A stretch of 64,000 bases of DNA, from the NCBI RefSeq assembly GCF_009914755.1, contig NC_060936.1. The stretch is one strand, 5' to 3'. Made by a program: the position numbers and the translations under genes. This document shows, piece after piece, positions 44,397 through 59,124 of this stretch (position 1 is the stretch's first letter; every line of letters begins with the position of its first letter). The notes beneath the pieces are model-generated. The model searched no databases. It was given only the letters and a program-made list of their open reading frames with translations, and had not been told where the DNA came from. The DNA comes from the human T2T-CHM13v2.0 reference genome, Homo sapiens.

Positions 44397-45758
44397 GTCT
44401 GGTGCAGCCCTGAGTAAAAACCAAGATCTTTTATGCCTTAAATGTTTTTAAAAAAATGAAAAAGCATAAATCTATGTTTTGGTGTGTTCATAGTGTGCAG
44501 TCATTCTTAGGAGCAACTGTGAATTTACAAAACCTCTCCATTCTCTCCCCTTTCACTCCTACACCTACTATCTGTTCAGCCCTGCGTCTCTTAGAATTTT
44601 TTAAACTATATTCTCTCTCATCTCCTAGCTTCTACTTTCTTTCATTTTCCTTCAGGGCTAAACTGTGATAAAAGATGGATCCTCTGCTCTGCTTAGCAAC
44701 CCCGAAAGCTCTCTGATGCTGCAGGAGACAGTCTCAGCTCCTTTGAGTGGCCTTCTGGCCCCTTGTACAAAGTCCTCACAAACTCATCACCTTCTCTTCT
44801 CCCCAAGCACACTGCATTCCAACCACACCCTTTGTCTTCCCATTCCCTAAACAGGTCTCAAACACTGAATCATGCTACAAACATCTTCAAGCCTTTTCAC
44901 ATGCCCTCTGGATGTCCTCCTCCTTTTCTGCCTAGTAAAAGCATCCAAATCCTTCCTGGCCTCACCCAGTACCACACAGATTCTACAGGCAGAATCAGGT
45001 TATATCCTAGACTCTCATGATTTCAGAGGCTTAAGCTCTTCCTCCCACAAAGTTATCCCATCATGGGATTATGCAACACAAATTATGACTGAAGCAAGAG
45101 GCAAACAGAAGCCCAAGTCCCACCTGGCTCAGGTTTCTCTGCACCCCACCCAGTCCAGCTGAGCATGACCACCTCTGTTCACAAGGTGCTCCTACACACC
45201 ACCATCATCGGTGTTGGTCTTCTAAGTTTCTCAAAAGAACCCAAGGCTAGAAGGCCAGACTCAAATTTAGAATTCTCAGACTTCTTGAAGATCCACCCAG
45301 GAATTTTAAGAACCTACCATCACCTGACTTTTCCTCCATACCGGCTCTGCCCAGTACTGTGAGCATAGATACAAGGATATCTCAGCCGGCATGTCCAAAC
45401 TCAAGCCACACCACCACCACCATTACCTCCTCCAAGCACCATCTCTTGGAAAATGAGACTATCTGGACAAAAAATTCCCTGGCCATGGATACTTAGAATA
45501 TGGTAGAAAGGAGGCCACAGGATGTAGGTGGCCACATCTCTGTGGTCCCAAGACTCCTTGCATTATGGAGAGAAGTGTAGCCACCTGCACCCGGGTCTTC
45601 TGACAAAAGGAGGGGGCAGAAATGGGAGACGGGGAAGTTAGGATAGCATCTACGGACAGGGGCTTCTCTTGTCCTGATTTAAGACGATCAGGCAGTGGTG
45701 TGTCTTCAAATAAAAACAAAGACAAGTCTCACTCTGTGAACTGTTTGTCTCTCTAGAA

Positions 45759-45935
45759 CACTGGATCTCAACCAGGGGTGATTTGTTCTCTATGGGATAC
45801 TTGGCAATGCCTGGAGATATTTTGAGTTGTCGTGATTTGAGAAGATTGGGAGTTGCTACTGTCATCCAGTTGGTAGAGACCAAGGATGCTGCTAAAACTC
45901 CTACAGCACATAAGACAGTTCCATCACAACAATAA
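45759..45935 (+). mobile_element. MER20 (hAT-Charlie)
   Basis: tctcaaccaggggtgattt...ggcaatgcctggagatattttg...gggtag-like...ggatgctgctaaa. Confidence 0.8.
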
Positions 45936-45942
45936 TATAATA

Positions 45943-46000
45943 TTAGTTTGGTACATTACTTCTAATGGCGAAAACCACAATTATCTTTGCACCAACCTAA
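45943..46000. mobile_element. MADE1 (Hsmar1 MITE), internally deleted
   Basis: ttagtttggtac...aatggcgaaaaccacaattatctttgcaccaacctaa with TA on both sides. Confidence 0.8.
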
Positions 46001-46691
46001 TAATAATAATGGAAAACATTTTCTAAAAGTTAATTTGTAAATTGGTTATATATAATATTGTTGTCAAGCAGATCTTAAAGCAATGGTTCATGTCACTTAA
46101 CTGCACAAAAGATTTAATCACACACACACGCACACATGTGCATGCATGCATGCACACACCCAGCTTATGAACTAAAGTTCAACTTTCTAAGCTTGACATT
46201 CAATATGACTCTTGATCTGGAGCCTACCCTGTTTATCAATTTAATCTTTCTCTATGATCTCCTTATGTAACCCAAAGCCTGTGTCTATGCTACTATCAGA
46301 CTTAAATATTTTAGACTGCCATATGGCTATCTCCCATATTTTCCCTATCAATTTTTGGCATACTCAACCCCATTCCTGATAGTGAATTAAGTCTTCAGCT
46401 GGACCTTCTAATGTAAAATGTTCAAATTCAGAAACTAACTACACTTAAAACAGAATTACCCACTAGAATACATCAAGGCTGTACCACTAAGATAATAATA
46501 ACTAGCTCTTGGGATTGGAAGGATAAGACAACGATACCATGTATAAATCACTGTGAAGATGTTACCATTATGATGTCCCTACCTCATAATAGCACTCAAT
46601 GAAATGTCTGTGTCTCTCCTATAATTAAAAAGGCATTCCAAGTAGGAAAATAGCTTTTGCAAATAAATTAAAGTAAGGCTATTTACAGTAA

Positions 46692-46733
<42 letters not shown>
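46692..46733 (+). repeat. (AAT)14 microsatellite
   Basis: Perfect trinucleotide run. Confidence 0.97.
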
Positions 46734-46734
<1 letters not shown>

Positions 46735-47144
46735 TAGCACAATAGAAGCTTATTTCTCACTCACATAAAATCCAAAACAGATGTTCCTGCTTGGTGGCAG
46801 GAGTGGAAGGTCGGCTGTGTGGATGAAGGAAGACTGCTTCATAGCTTCACGCAGAGCCGTAGGCTGGAAGTCTCCATCACCTTCCACATGTGGCTTCCAT
46901 GATCATCCTGTGTGTCAACATCCAGTGGGCAGATGGGAAAAGAGAAAGCACAGGGTATGTGCCACCACTTCTTAACCACTTGGCCAAGACATGGTACACA
47001 TCATCTCAGCTCATATTCCACCGGCAAGAACTAGTCCCACCTGGATGCAAGGGAGGGTAGGACTGGAAAATGAGGGCCCTGGCTGGGCAGAGCTTCTCAG
47101 CAACAACGCTACACTATGGAAAGGACATTAGCTATCTTTACCAC
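46735..47144 (-). mobile_element. LTR33-like ERVL LTR
   Basis: gctcatattccaccggcaagaactagtc...ctgggcagagcttctcagcaacaacgctacactatgga...ccaca. Confidence 0.55.
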
Positions 47145-48185
47145 AGCAAAGCACAAGGGTATAGGAGATGAAGCAAAGACAGAGAGCAGTGGGCAGGCTT
47201 GCCTGGCTAGAATATGAATTGGAGCTTCGTGGCAGATGAGAACGGTTAGGTAAGGAAAGACAGCCAGATAACAGGAGACTCATGACTCTATCATTATGAA
47301 TGTTTTCTATTTGAGAGACAGCTGTGAATCCGACCTTGAAGAAGAGTTATTTGATAAATAATGATGTTTAAAACAGACACTGTAGCCACAAAGCAATTTT
47401 TGTTTCATTACGAAATGAATCTGGTTTTTATTCAGGCATATCTTCCTTATGTGGAAATTCATAACTTTAAAAACGAATCATTGCATCACTAAGAACTCTT
47501 TTCACAGCATTCTCTTACCCCTTCCAAGTACCCTTTTCAATCAATGTGCTTTCTCCTTCCTTCAATTGCTTCTATGGGCTTGCAGAATCTGCTGCTGTGT
47601 TTGTTCCTTTGCTGTTCTCCTTTAATTGCTGTCTCTGCTGTGTCTGGTTCTCCTCCTTTCTTTTGGCCCAGACTATTTATTTCTAAAACCCATCAGCATT
47701 CTGTGAGGGTTAGGATTCATTTCAGAGAAACTCAAGGGAATTACCTCTGGGTGATTTTTCAGCCCAGGTATTTGGGGCAGTTAAAATGTCATTTATTTCT
47801 CTAGACTTGCATGATGTTGTGCAAAACATGAAATTAATCTTAACTACACAACATTCAACTCTTGACATTTCAAGACCTTTATTAAAATGTTGAAATAGAA
47901 TTTTCCTTTAAATATGTTAATAGAAGAGACTTGTTGCTTTCCCTATGTGATAACTTTCTTCAACTCCCACATCATCTTTCATTACCCAGAGAAACACACC
48001 TTTGATTTTATAACGGAAGTCAATGGAAAAAAAACTTGCTATATAGAAATACACATTTACAGTAAAGTTTTTTATGCTGATATTCACTCAGTAATAGAAT
48101 GTATACCCATATAATCTATTGTTCTAGCTTTCCATAGATGTCAAAAATGTTGTCAGCCTGATGCTAGAATATCACTGCTATTAGT

Positions 48186-48199
48186 GTGCCATCTAGTGG
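48186..48199 (-). promoter_or_regulatory. CTCF motif (reverse orientation)
   Basis: Minus strand reads gCCACTAGATGGCAC, a full match to CCASYAGRKGGCRS, in non-repeat sequence. Confidence 0.6.
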
Positions 48200-50026
48200 C
48201 TGATGTTGTGATATTTTCCATTCTTTGTTGAGGTAGAAGAGGCTTTAAGTGACATATGGAAAGTCCAGTGAGATTCCTTCTTTGATACAATGCAGGGATG
48301 ACACAGTTGTATAAAGCCAATGGCCAAATGTTGAGTCATCTGATGATGTGTAGAGGATCGTTTGTAAGTTCTTACTTAGCCAATATAATTAAGAAATGAA
48401 GCTATTACAAGAACAATTAAATATATTTGTTAGCTCGCTGTATCATGATGCACAAACCATATGTGCATTAACCATATACCAAGAACCAGAATACAATAAA
48501 ATGCATTTGACCCTAAATTTAAATTAGATTTAATTTTACTCTTGTTATTCAGATGGTACTTTAGGATCTTATAGGTCTAGGCTTTGAATACTAATTCTCA
48601 TTGTGTAGTATACAAAAATGTATGTTTGAGCTTTCTGGTTGCTTGGATTTAAAACTAAAAGTGGTTTTGTATTTATAAAGGATCAAACCTATCATGCATA
48701 GTGTGAGTGGCAGCATATCCACCATTTTAGTTGATTCTTTGTAGTATTATAACCATAATCGCATGATCTTATATATTGCTTTATTCCAATATTAAAGATT
48801 GAGAGATAATGATAATGATTTTATCTTTTAGTTATAGAATTGCCTTCAAATGCCTTGTTTTATAATCATCTCAAAGTCAAACAAGAGATTCCTTTAATCG
48901 TTACATCATTTTTCATAGGCAAGTAATGAGGGACTGAATGGTTTTGCTGTTGAAGACAGAAGGACAAAAAAGTAAAATCATATTCTCCAAACATATACAG
49001 ATAGTATTGAAAAGAAGTGTAAGAATTAGTTATTGTTTGTTTGCCCTTGGAAATAACAGTTATTATTCTGTTATTATTTTTAAACATCTATTTTATTTAT
49101 TATTATTAAAGGAGCAGTTATCACTAATGCAATCATTTCAGAAAAATTTTCTTTAAAGCAAACACAGGAAAACAGAAACAAAAACCACCTCCATTTAATT
49201 GAGTTCTTAGTATGTGCCACGTGATTTAAATACTTTACATACTTTTCTTACTTAGTCCTCACACAACCTGATAAAGTTTCATTTTATAAAGGAAGAAACC
49301 AGGCTGAGTCATTGAATAACTTATTTTAAGCCACATTGACAGTAAAGGGCAGCTTCTGGATAAAACCTAAGTGTGTCCAATTTTGAAGCCGTGCTTATAA
49401 ATGTGACAAAAAATACTTTATAACCATGTCAGGAAAACATGCATTGTACCTACTACTCTACAAAGTCTAGCCAAGAGCAGAACTGACATGCATTGTCTTA
49501 TTTGCCATAGGTAAATCAACAGGAAAGCGAAGTATAAACAGTTAACTCAGACTAGTATATTACCCAGGGTTTTATACTGGTTGATCTGCCATTATTCCAG
49601 AGGCAAGACTACAAATCACTTGGATAACATGATCCTGCAATGTCAAGGTAGGTAAATAACTTGTGAGAGTTTTTAAATGATGCCATCACCACTGCAGAAG
49701 AGTATATTTACTCCTTCTGCTTTCCTTAAAATGGCTAGCATTAGGCTCTTTATTCAGAAATTTTTATATTATAACATACCTTATCTTATATCATTATCTT
49801 CTCCCAACAATCTATTAGGCCAACGTGCTAGATCAGTGATGTTACTTTAAGGCCCTCTCAATCTTTTTTAAAAGTTGTAAACAGACCACTGTGCCACGTA
49901 AAGATTAAAGTGTAAAGACTGAGACTTCAAGAATAAATTTTAATGCTGTGATCATATAATATATAAATTTTGCCAAACTACTTTTTGAGCTGCATGCTAA
50001 TTAAATACAATGCTTAACAACCACTG

Positions 50027-50028
<2 letters not shown>

Positions 50029-50068
<40 letters not shown>
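50029..50068 (+). repeat. (AC)20 microsatellite
   Basis: Perfect dinucleotide run. Confidence 0.97.
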
Positions 50069-50073
<5 letters not shown>

Positions 50074-50591
50074 ACTACTTTTACATAGCTAAACCAAGAA
50101 ATGGGAAAGCTTGTTACTTTGTTTCTAGATTCCTGGATTCATAATTCAAGGGCATTGTGATAGATCTCCTTTGTTGTTCTTCCTATATCCACCCCTCCCT
50201 CCCCAAGCCAATGGAACCTTAAGTTCGTTCAGGTGGCTGCTGAGATCTTTCCCTCTGTCGAGTATTTATGGATGGGTTTAAACCAATCGTGATTCATCCC
50301 AGGGCCAGGGATAAATTATGATTGGTCTAAACCAGCCTTAGTAATCTTAGTAATCTTGTAACTTTGTCTGGGAATGAAGTGACAAATTTTGGTCAATGAG
50401 ATGAAAGCAGAAGTTTTTGAATGAGCCTCCAGGGCTTGTCTTTCTGATTAACACAGATAACATAGAAAAGAACTTTTGTCTTTCTGATTAACATTGATAA
50501 ACTTACAGAAGACAGCCTTTGCCTTTCTCTTCTCTTCTGCCTGCAATGAAGACATAGTCCCTGGAGGCACAGCAGACATTTGTGACCATAA

Positions 50592-50909
<318 letters not shown>

Positions 50910-51087
50910 AAAAGTCAATTTTCTAAGGATGATGCAACAGGATGATAGGTCTCTGACAGCATCGCTGAGTTCATTGAATAGCTGTATCAGGACGTTTCTT
51001 ACCTTTGGATTCCTTGCAATGTGACAAAAAGTTTTATTTATATAAGCTATTGTTTGTAGGGGTTTCTGTTACTTGCAGCCTCATGTA

Positions 51088-51158
51088 TTAGGTTGAACCA
51101 TATGATATGTTGTAAACAAAAATAGTTGAAGCTTAGCAGATTTCTATGATTCAACCAA
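51088..51158. mobile_element. MADE2 (Hsmar2 MITE)
   Basis: TIRs ttaggttgaaccatatga / tttctatgattcaaccaa. Confidence 0.65.
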
Positions 51159-51292
51159 TTTTATGAATTGATGCTGAATTCAAGACCCTTTCACTTCTCC
51201 AGCAATCAAAACCTCTCCTTTTCCTCTCTCCTGCCACCTGATACCACACAAAATAGATCTTTATATATATATATATATTTCTGACATTTAAT

Positions 51293-51481
51293 CAATGATG
51301 TGCTGGTAAACTAGTTTGTTAGGAGGAAAAGCCCTGATTTGTACTGTATTTATGGTATAACTACTCCCACTATGTCTCATTTTAAGCTTCCAGCTTGAGG
51401 TCACTGAAAAAGGAGTTGGAAAGAAATGCTCGCAATCAGCTCTTCTGAGCTGCTACTACAGCCAGCTCCAGCATGCCACTG
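51293..51481. mobile_element. MER63-like (hAT-Blackjack)
   Basis: TIRs caatgatgtgctgg / ccagcatgccactg; internal aaagccctgatttgta. Confidence 0.7.
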
Positions 51482-53600
51482 CCCACGCATTGGCCAAAGC
51501 TCTGTTACAGTGTATGATGGTCAGAGCTAATGTTAGAAAGTAATTTATTATCCTTACTATTATTCTCTTTGTAGCATTGAGACAAAGATACAAGAAAAAT
51601 ATAATATATCCAATAATTATATGATATATATGCTAAGTACATATTATGTACACATAAAATAATTATAAAATACAATAATTATATCATATAATTAGGATAT
51701 GGGGAAATTGACAAGATAAATGTAGATCTTTGCCCTCTGATTCATTTAGATCTAGTAAAAAAAACTAAAGAAAATGTGTCAGAGTAGCCACCAAGGAGAC
51801 ATAAAATAGTATGAATTTTTACCAACAAAATAACTTATAATTTTGATATAATTATAATTCTACATTATGGCTTTATTATAATTTATAAGAATATATAATT
51901 TTACCAACAAATTAATTAATATGAATTTTTACCAACTAGCTCTTCTATTGCCTAACTTTTATCAGTTATCTCTAATGGGTAAGAAAGAAAACCAAGATAT
52001 CCTTCACTGGTTATTCATTTTTTGAAAAAGCTGTATTCTGTTGCAGTTAAAGAAGATGAAGCATTTGACTTCCATTTGGGACAGTGACCTTTATAAAATA
52101 CCGCCCTCCCTCCCCCAAACCCTCAGACCCCAAACTCATTTTCTCTAGCTGTTGAATGCCAAAAATCCATTTAGTTTTCAAACATTGCCTTTTTTCTATT
52201 AGTTTTAGGTAGCTGGTCCAAGAAATGATTGAGATTCTTCCCAGTTTAAACTTAAGATGCTTGAATGTACTGCCAGTACCAAATGAAGGTCTCTGCATTC
52301 CTCATCACCCTGTGCCCAGTCTCCGTCTTTTATCATCTTCTTTTAACAATCTTAGTAATCCCAAATAAAGTGAAATGGAACACATTAATAGTTACTCTTG
52401 GGGAATTTTTTTTGGACTGGAGTTGATATATAACTGTGGCTGGATTATCAACATGGACTATCCTGTCTGGAGAGACAACTCAATATTAATAATGCAGATT
52501 CGAGCATTCAATGATCCTATACTTTGTCAAGCCAGAAAACTGTGAACCAACCTAGATCTGTCCTCTCACTCAACCTCCAAGTCTAATCAGTCAATAGAAA
52601 AAATAACAAATATATACTGAGCACTTACTGTATGGCAAGCAGAGAGTTAAATGCTCTTCACCTATTATTTTATATAATCTCCACAATCATCCACTGTGTT
52701 GTGTTACTACACCCATTTTATAGATGACAAAACTGAGATACAAATAACCTAAGCAACTCATCCAAAGTCATGGCACTGCGGTAGAGCCTGCAAAATTTGA
52801 ACCCCAGCAGCCTATCTTCAGGGCATACCATGTTTACTATGTTAGCAGAATTATAATAGATTCTCCTGCTTAATTACTTCTCAAATAAGTTTGTCCCTTC
52901 CTCAATATACCTACTGACTTAACAGTAGTTAGAATCATCGTGAGACCTTGCCTTGGATTTACTGTGATAGTCTCCTAACTGAACTCCTTGTCTCTGGTCT
53001 TTTCCCCACTCTAATGCATCCTCTACCTAGATGACAGAGTGCTTTTGCCAAACTATAGACCTGATTAAGCTCCTCACTGTAGCCTTCAGGATAAAGCTGA
53101 AACGTCATCTCTTAATAACCCTGACTCTGTGCGTAGTGGACCCTGCCTTCCTTTGTCCCCATTTCCCTGCACATCTCGACAGGGCAGCCCTACTAAACAG
53201 CCTGAATTTTCCCAAACATATCATCTTCTCACAGCAACAGCTTCCTTCGGACATACCTTGCTTTCTGCCCAAAATGTGCTGACTCCGTTTTTTTCTTCTA
53301 TGTGGCTAATTTCTAGCAGTCCTGCAAATCCCTAGTGAAGGAGCATCTCTCAGCCCTCTACTATTGATCACAGTATGCTGGCCATGGTCCTCATCATAGC
53401 TGTCCTCAAAGAGCTCTCAGTTCAGGAGGCAGACAAGTAAACCAATAATCCAAACAAGTGGGCAACAGCTGTTATCAAGCCACAGATCTTAATATTCTAT
53501 AAGGCGTAATCTTATAGCATTCACAAAGAAAAACATCATTATTTAAATTGTTATGTTTTAGACATGAAAAACACTTTGACTAGTCAAAAAGTTTTAGGCA

Positions 53601-53903
<303 letters not shown>

Positions 53904-53915
53904 ACAAAGTCTTAG

Positions 53916-54337
53916 GCCTTGGCTGCTCTGTCTATGGAGTAGCCATCCTTTTGTTTCTTTACTTCTCTAATAAACTTGCTCTTACTTTACCTATGGACTC
54001 GCCCCAAATTCTTTCTTGCATGAGCTCCAAGAAGCCTCTCTTGGGGTCTGGATCAGGACCGCTTTCCAGTAACATCTTCCTGGCAAACCACAGAGGGACT
54101 ATACGGAAGAGACCCAAACCCAAAGGAAAATTATCTGCTCAGCACCACTTGCCTGACTTTGCGTAAGTGGTAGAGTACATTTTATCCTGGGTAAAGGACG
54201 GAACAAGGCTAGAGACCCAACTTAGGACATTTAGAGTTCTTCCTAAGATTTAGGGGGTTAGGGACCTCCCTTGGTAAAGTCCCTGTTGGTTAAAAATGGA
54301 TTTGGCACTACAGGATATTAACTGCTATTCCCTTTGG
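53916..54337 (+). mobile_element. MER41 (ERV1) fragment: LTR R-U5, PBS and 5' leader only
   Basis: gctgctctgtctatggagtagcc...aataaacttgct...ctcttggggtctggatc...gtaaca (LTR end 54074); Arg-type PBS-like tggcaaaccacagaggga at 54081-54098; internal leader ends abruptly at 54337. Confidence 0.75.
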
Positions 54338-55125
54338 AAAAAGTTTTAGCTATGATGCGTGTTTCTAGATGTATCTGTGCTATTCTCTTCATTTGGAGTA
54401 TGGTAAAATATTCTTACAGCAGACATAATTTTAAGGAAAATGTATTTCCCTCAGCACTTGTAACTTTTTGTTTATTTATTTATTGGATGTTCTTGCTTTA
54501 ATTTCTTTAAAAAGCAAAAGGTACGAAAATAGCCATAAAAACGATATCAAAGGGCACTTTATTTTTTGAAATGAACTAAGTGCTACATGTTACTCTACTT
54601 CATGAGTTATTGAGATTTAATCCTGGACGTGAAGTACGGTGTGGAGAGTGATTGACTGTAGTAGAAGAAGCAATACACTTCATGGGTTGGCAGTGCTGGA
54701 ATAAGATTATCTACAATTAAATGAGAAGTAAGATAGTCCAAACTGGAAACAGTGTGTGAGGTTAATCTGCATTCCTAGGTTAGACTCTGACAGATTATGA
54801 GGCTCCCCCACTTAATGCCCCTCACACTTCTCTCTCTCAATACTCATTTTGATATTTAATCTTTTGTGCAGCCAATCAATTGATTAGTAATTTGCTTGTG
54901 TACATTAAAGGTCAGGAGAAAGAAGTTGCACTATACCAAAACCATGTCCCAGTTTAAAAGGTACCTAGATATAGATTGTCCAAAACATTTTTACTTAAAG
55001 TATGCTCAGGAAGTGTTGAGTAAGAGACAATATAATTGACCAACGTATGGGCATTCTTTGGAAGCCAAGGAGAGAAGAAAGCAGACGGTAACAAACGGAT
55101 AAGAACCATAAGCTTTCCCCTACTA

Positions 55126-55271
<146 letters not shown>

Positions 55272-55528
55272 AGAAAGTCAGAAATGCAAATATTTATGAA
55301 GTAATGTAGAAGTTGCAGTTTTCAGAAAATGTTTAGTCTTAAAACCTTTTGCAAGACTGCAACCTTGTACATGTTTTGGCTGGATATTAGCTACTGGTAC
55401 TTGAAATCTAGTCTCATCTTCCTTTGTATGCCCTCTGTATTTTAAAGACTAGACATCTAAAAACCACATTTTTTAAAGTCACTTGGAGCAAAGGTTTTAA
55501 ATGTGATTTGGGTTCTGCTAATAATACG

Positions 55529-55860
55529 CAGTTGGCCCTTCATATCCATGGGTTCTGAATCTGTGGATTCAGCCGATTGCAGACCTAAAATAGGAAAAAT
55601 AAAATTTCTCCAAGTCCAAAAGGCAAAACTTGAAATTGCCACATGCCATGTACTAGACTAAATCCATGTCAAGAAAGTAATGTTTAGATATTGCATTAGG
55701 TATTATAAGTAATCTAGATATGACTTGAAGTATATGAGAGGATGTGTGTTGGTTATATGTAAATATTATGACATTTTATATGAAGGGCTTGAGCATTCAT
55801 GGATACTGGCATCCATGAGGAGTCCTGGAACCAATTGCCATGAATAGCAAGGGACAATTG
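55529..55860 (-). mobile_element. MER2/MER2B (Tigger2 MITE)
   Basis: cagttggcccttcatatccatggg...taggtattataagtaatctaga...gtcctggaaccaat. Confidence 0.8.
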
Positions 55861-56768
55861 TGTGTTCGTATATATCTAGAAAGTAGAATTGTGAGGAAGT
55901 CCAGCTTTGTAGCTATGAACGCTGACAAGCAAGTTTGCCAAAACATAAGTGCCTGTGGTAGCTGGACTCCAGGTTCTCATGTCTAGTTTTCAGCTTCATG
56001 AGTGTGAGCAGCTGTGATGGCAATAGCAAGAGTGGCAATGGTGGTTAAACCTGAAACCCATAGTTCGATGGTAGTCCCATAACCTTTCAATGATTTTGTA
56101 AGTGTTTAATTGTCTACATTAAATTCCCTCCTAATTGAAAAATCTAAATAGATTTATATTTCATGCCCTGAATGCTAATATGACATCCAAACAGCAACTT
56201 GAAGAAGCCCAATTTATTGAAAAAAAAAAAACAACCTATAATTCAACATCTGTGACTAATCAAGATATGACTAACTCTGCCATACCTCCAGTATTCAAGG
56301 TCAAGAGACAGAGTCCAAAACTGGCATTAAGGGTTACTGCAGGTCTATTTATGCTTTTGATACTTCCATATACATCCTGTGGTTTGAAGTGTGTGAGGCA
56401 GAAACTGCATTGAATAGGGTATGGGAGAAATCTATGTTTATGGAAAGAATGACCTCTGAATTAATGAAGGACCATTATAGGAAACTGTGTTTTTTACGGT
56501 CATTGGTATTCTCCTCTTCTCCCTTCATCATCTTATCTGCTAGATCTTCCTTTTCCAGACCTCTAAATGTTGAAGTATTCCAGGGTCCATACCTTGGATA
56601 TCTCTCTGCACCTATACTCACTCTTTCAGTAATTGAATCTGGTTATATGGCTGTAAATGACATCCTTATGATGACGACTATAAGTCCTCAAAGTCCGACA
56701 CATTCTACTTCACCACATGGTTAGTTTCTTCATGGATGAAGTTGGGAAGAGGATTGTAGGAAAAATCA

Positions 56769-57106
<338 letters not shown>

Positions 57107-57247
57107 AAATGAAGCTGATAGAATAGAATGTAGTCATCAGATTAGAGGTCAGATGAGAGAGAGTCCTGCTAGTTTTACCATTATGTACTTGCATAATACA
57201 TATTCAGTTAGGTTAAAACACTGAACTGAATCAACGAGAGGACGAAG

Positions 57248-57646
57248 TAATAGTTTGGATCTGTGTCTCTGCCCAAATCTCATGTCAAATTTTAATCCCC
57301 AATTGGAGGTGGGGCCTTGTAGGAGGTAACTGGATCATGGGGACAGTTTCTCAAGAATGGTTTAGCACCCTCCCCGTTGGTGCCATTCTTGTGATAGAGT
57401 TCTCATGAGATCTGGTTGTTTAAAAGTGTGTGGCACCTCCCCACTCTCTCTATTCCTCCTGTTCCAGCCATGTAAGACGTGCCTGCTTCCCCTTCACCTT
57501 CTGCCATGATTGTAAGTTTCCCAAGGCCTCACCAGAAGCAGAAGCCTGTATAGCCTGCAGAACCATGAGCCAATTAAACCTCTTTTCTTTATAAATTACT
57601 CAGTCTCAAGTATTTCTTTATAGCAGTGAGAGAACGGACTAATACA
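57248..57646 (+). mobile_element. MSTA-like MaLR solo LTR
   Basis: cccaaatctcatg...gagttctcatgagatctggttgtttaaaagtgtgtggcacc...gccaattaaacctcttttc...gactaataca. Confidence 0.85.
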
Positions 57647-58040
57647 CAAAAGTTATGCATGTGCAAAACTGAAGTCAGTATTTTGCTTTCTGCTTACTGT
57701 CTCTTTCATAACATTCTTTAGTATGTACAAAATACTGGGTTCAGGAGTCCATTGTATTCTGGCTGGCGGCCCCATAACGTTGAATTATGGCATCTTACCT
57801 ATCTGCCAATTTTCTATGCTTGATTTTCTCTACCTTTGACCATCATTATACTTATCAAAATTGTGTCTATTCCTTCAGAGAACTGTTTTTGTTTAAATAT
57901 CCTGAAGGAAAGCAATCCTAAAACATAGTCACTCTAAAGAATGAAACATTCTTAATAGTTTGATGTATCATTTCTCTCAGAATTTATATTTTTTACAGGG
58001 AACACTGCTTTGTGCTTTGATTTTGTGTAGGCATCATAAT

Positions 58041-58544
58041 TGTGGAAGGCCTCTAAGAACCAAAACTGTCTACCTGATAGTCTGAACAGTGAGAACTGAA
58101 AACACATCTACATCTATATTAGCAAGACTTCGCAATTCCTCTGACTTCACCAACATAACTTTATTTTTTCAGGAGTCTTCTGCCCAGGCATATGGCTTGA
58201 ATGTTCACTACAGGAACTTCCCAAAAGACTCATCCTCTCTTCAGTGGAAAACGTCAACCAACAGCTTGCACGTAAGATTCTTTGAATCCCTCGCCTTAGC
58301 CATCAGTCTTGGACTATTGTATCCTGATCCTTACCCAATCCTGAACCCCATTTTTAAAGACCCACCTGAAATCACACTTTCATTTTCCAATAAGTTGGGG
58401 TTTCTTCCCCCCACTCGGAAACAATCCCAAAGTTTGTGAGGTGGTGCCCACCCTTACCAAGGTAAGTAATAAACTATGGTTTGTCTTGTCAGTGGGTTAT
58501 GTTGGGGTCAGTGGTTAAGCTCTTTGGGGAACCAGCTTTTGACA
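58041..58544 (+). mobile_element. ERV1-type solo LTR (MER67/MER31-like)
   Basis: TG...CA ends; gtaagtaataaact polyA region; family uncertain. Confidence 0.5.
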
Positions 58545-58599
58545 GCTCCAAAATCTTGCATTCAGAAGTCTGTAACTATTGAAAGGAGAAGTCTGTACC

Positions 58600-59124
58600 T
58601 GTGAACCAAAAACATGTGAGACAGGTCTCAATCAATTTAGAAAGTTTATTTTGCCAAGGCTAAGGACACACTTGTGACACAACCTTGGGAGGTCCAGGTG
58701 ACAGGTGCCCAAGGTGGTTGGGGTACAGCTTGGTTTTATAGATTTTAGGGAGACATGAGACATCAATCAATATGTGTAAGATGTACATTGGCTCAGTCTG
58801 GAAAGGCGGGATAACTTGTATAGGGGGCTTCCAGATCATACGTAGATAGGAGACAAATGGTTGCATTCTTTTGAGTCTTTGATCAGCCTTTCACTGAATA
58901 CACAATCTGCATGTGAGACTCGGGTAGAGGAATAGTTACTTAAGCCTTAGTCTGGCTCAATGAATCTGTATTTTATAGGTGAAGGAGGTATATAGCTTTT
59001 AAAAATCTTTGTAGTTATCTTACTTAGAAATAAAATGGGAGGCAGGTTTGCCTGATGAAGTTTCCAGCTTGACTTTTCTTTTTGGCTTAGTGATTGGGGT
59101 CCTGAGATTTATTTTCCTTTCACA
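58600..59124 (-). mobile_element. MER4A-like solo LTR
   Basis: gagacaggtctcaatcaatttagaaagtttattttgccaagg...gagatttattttcctttcaca. Confidence 0.85.

Noticed and set aside
49511-49647. Exon-like segment (ttgccatag| ... caag|gtaggt)
   Set aside because: Stops in all three frames; a non-coding exon cannot be supported without RNA data.
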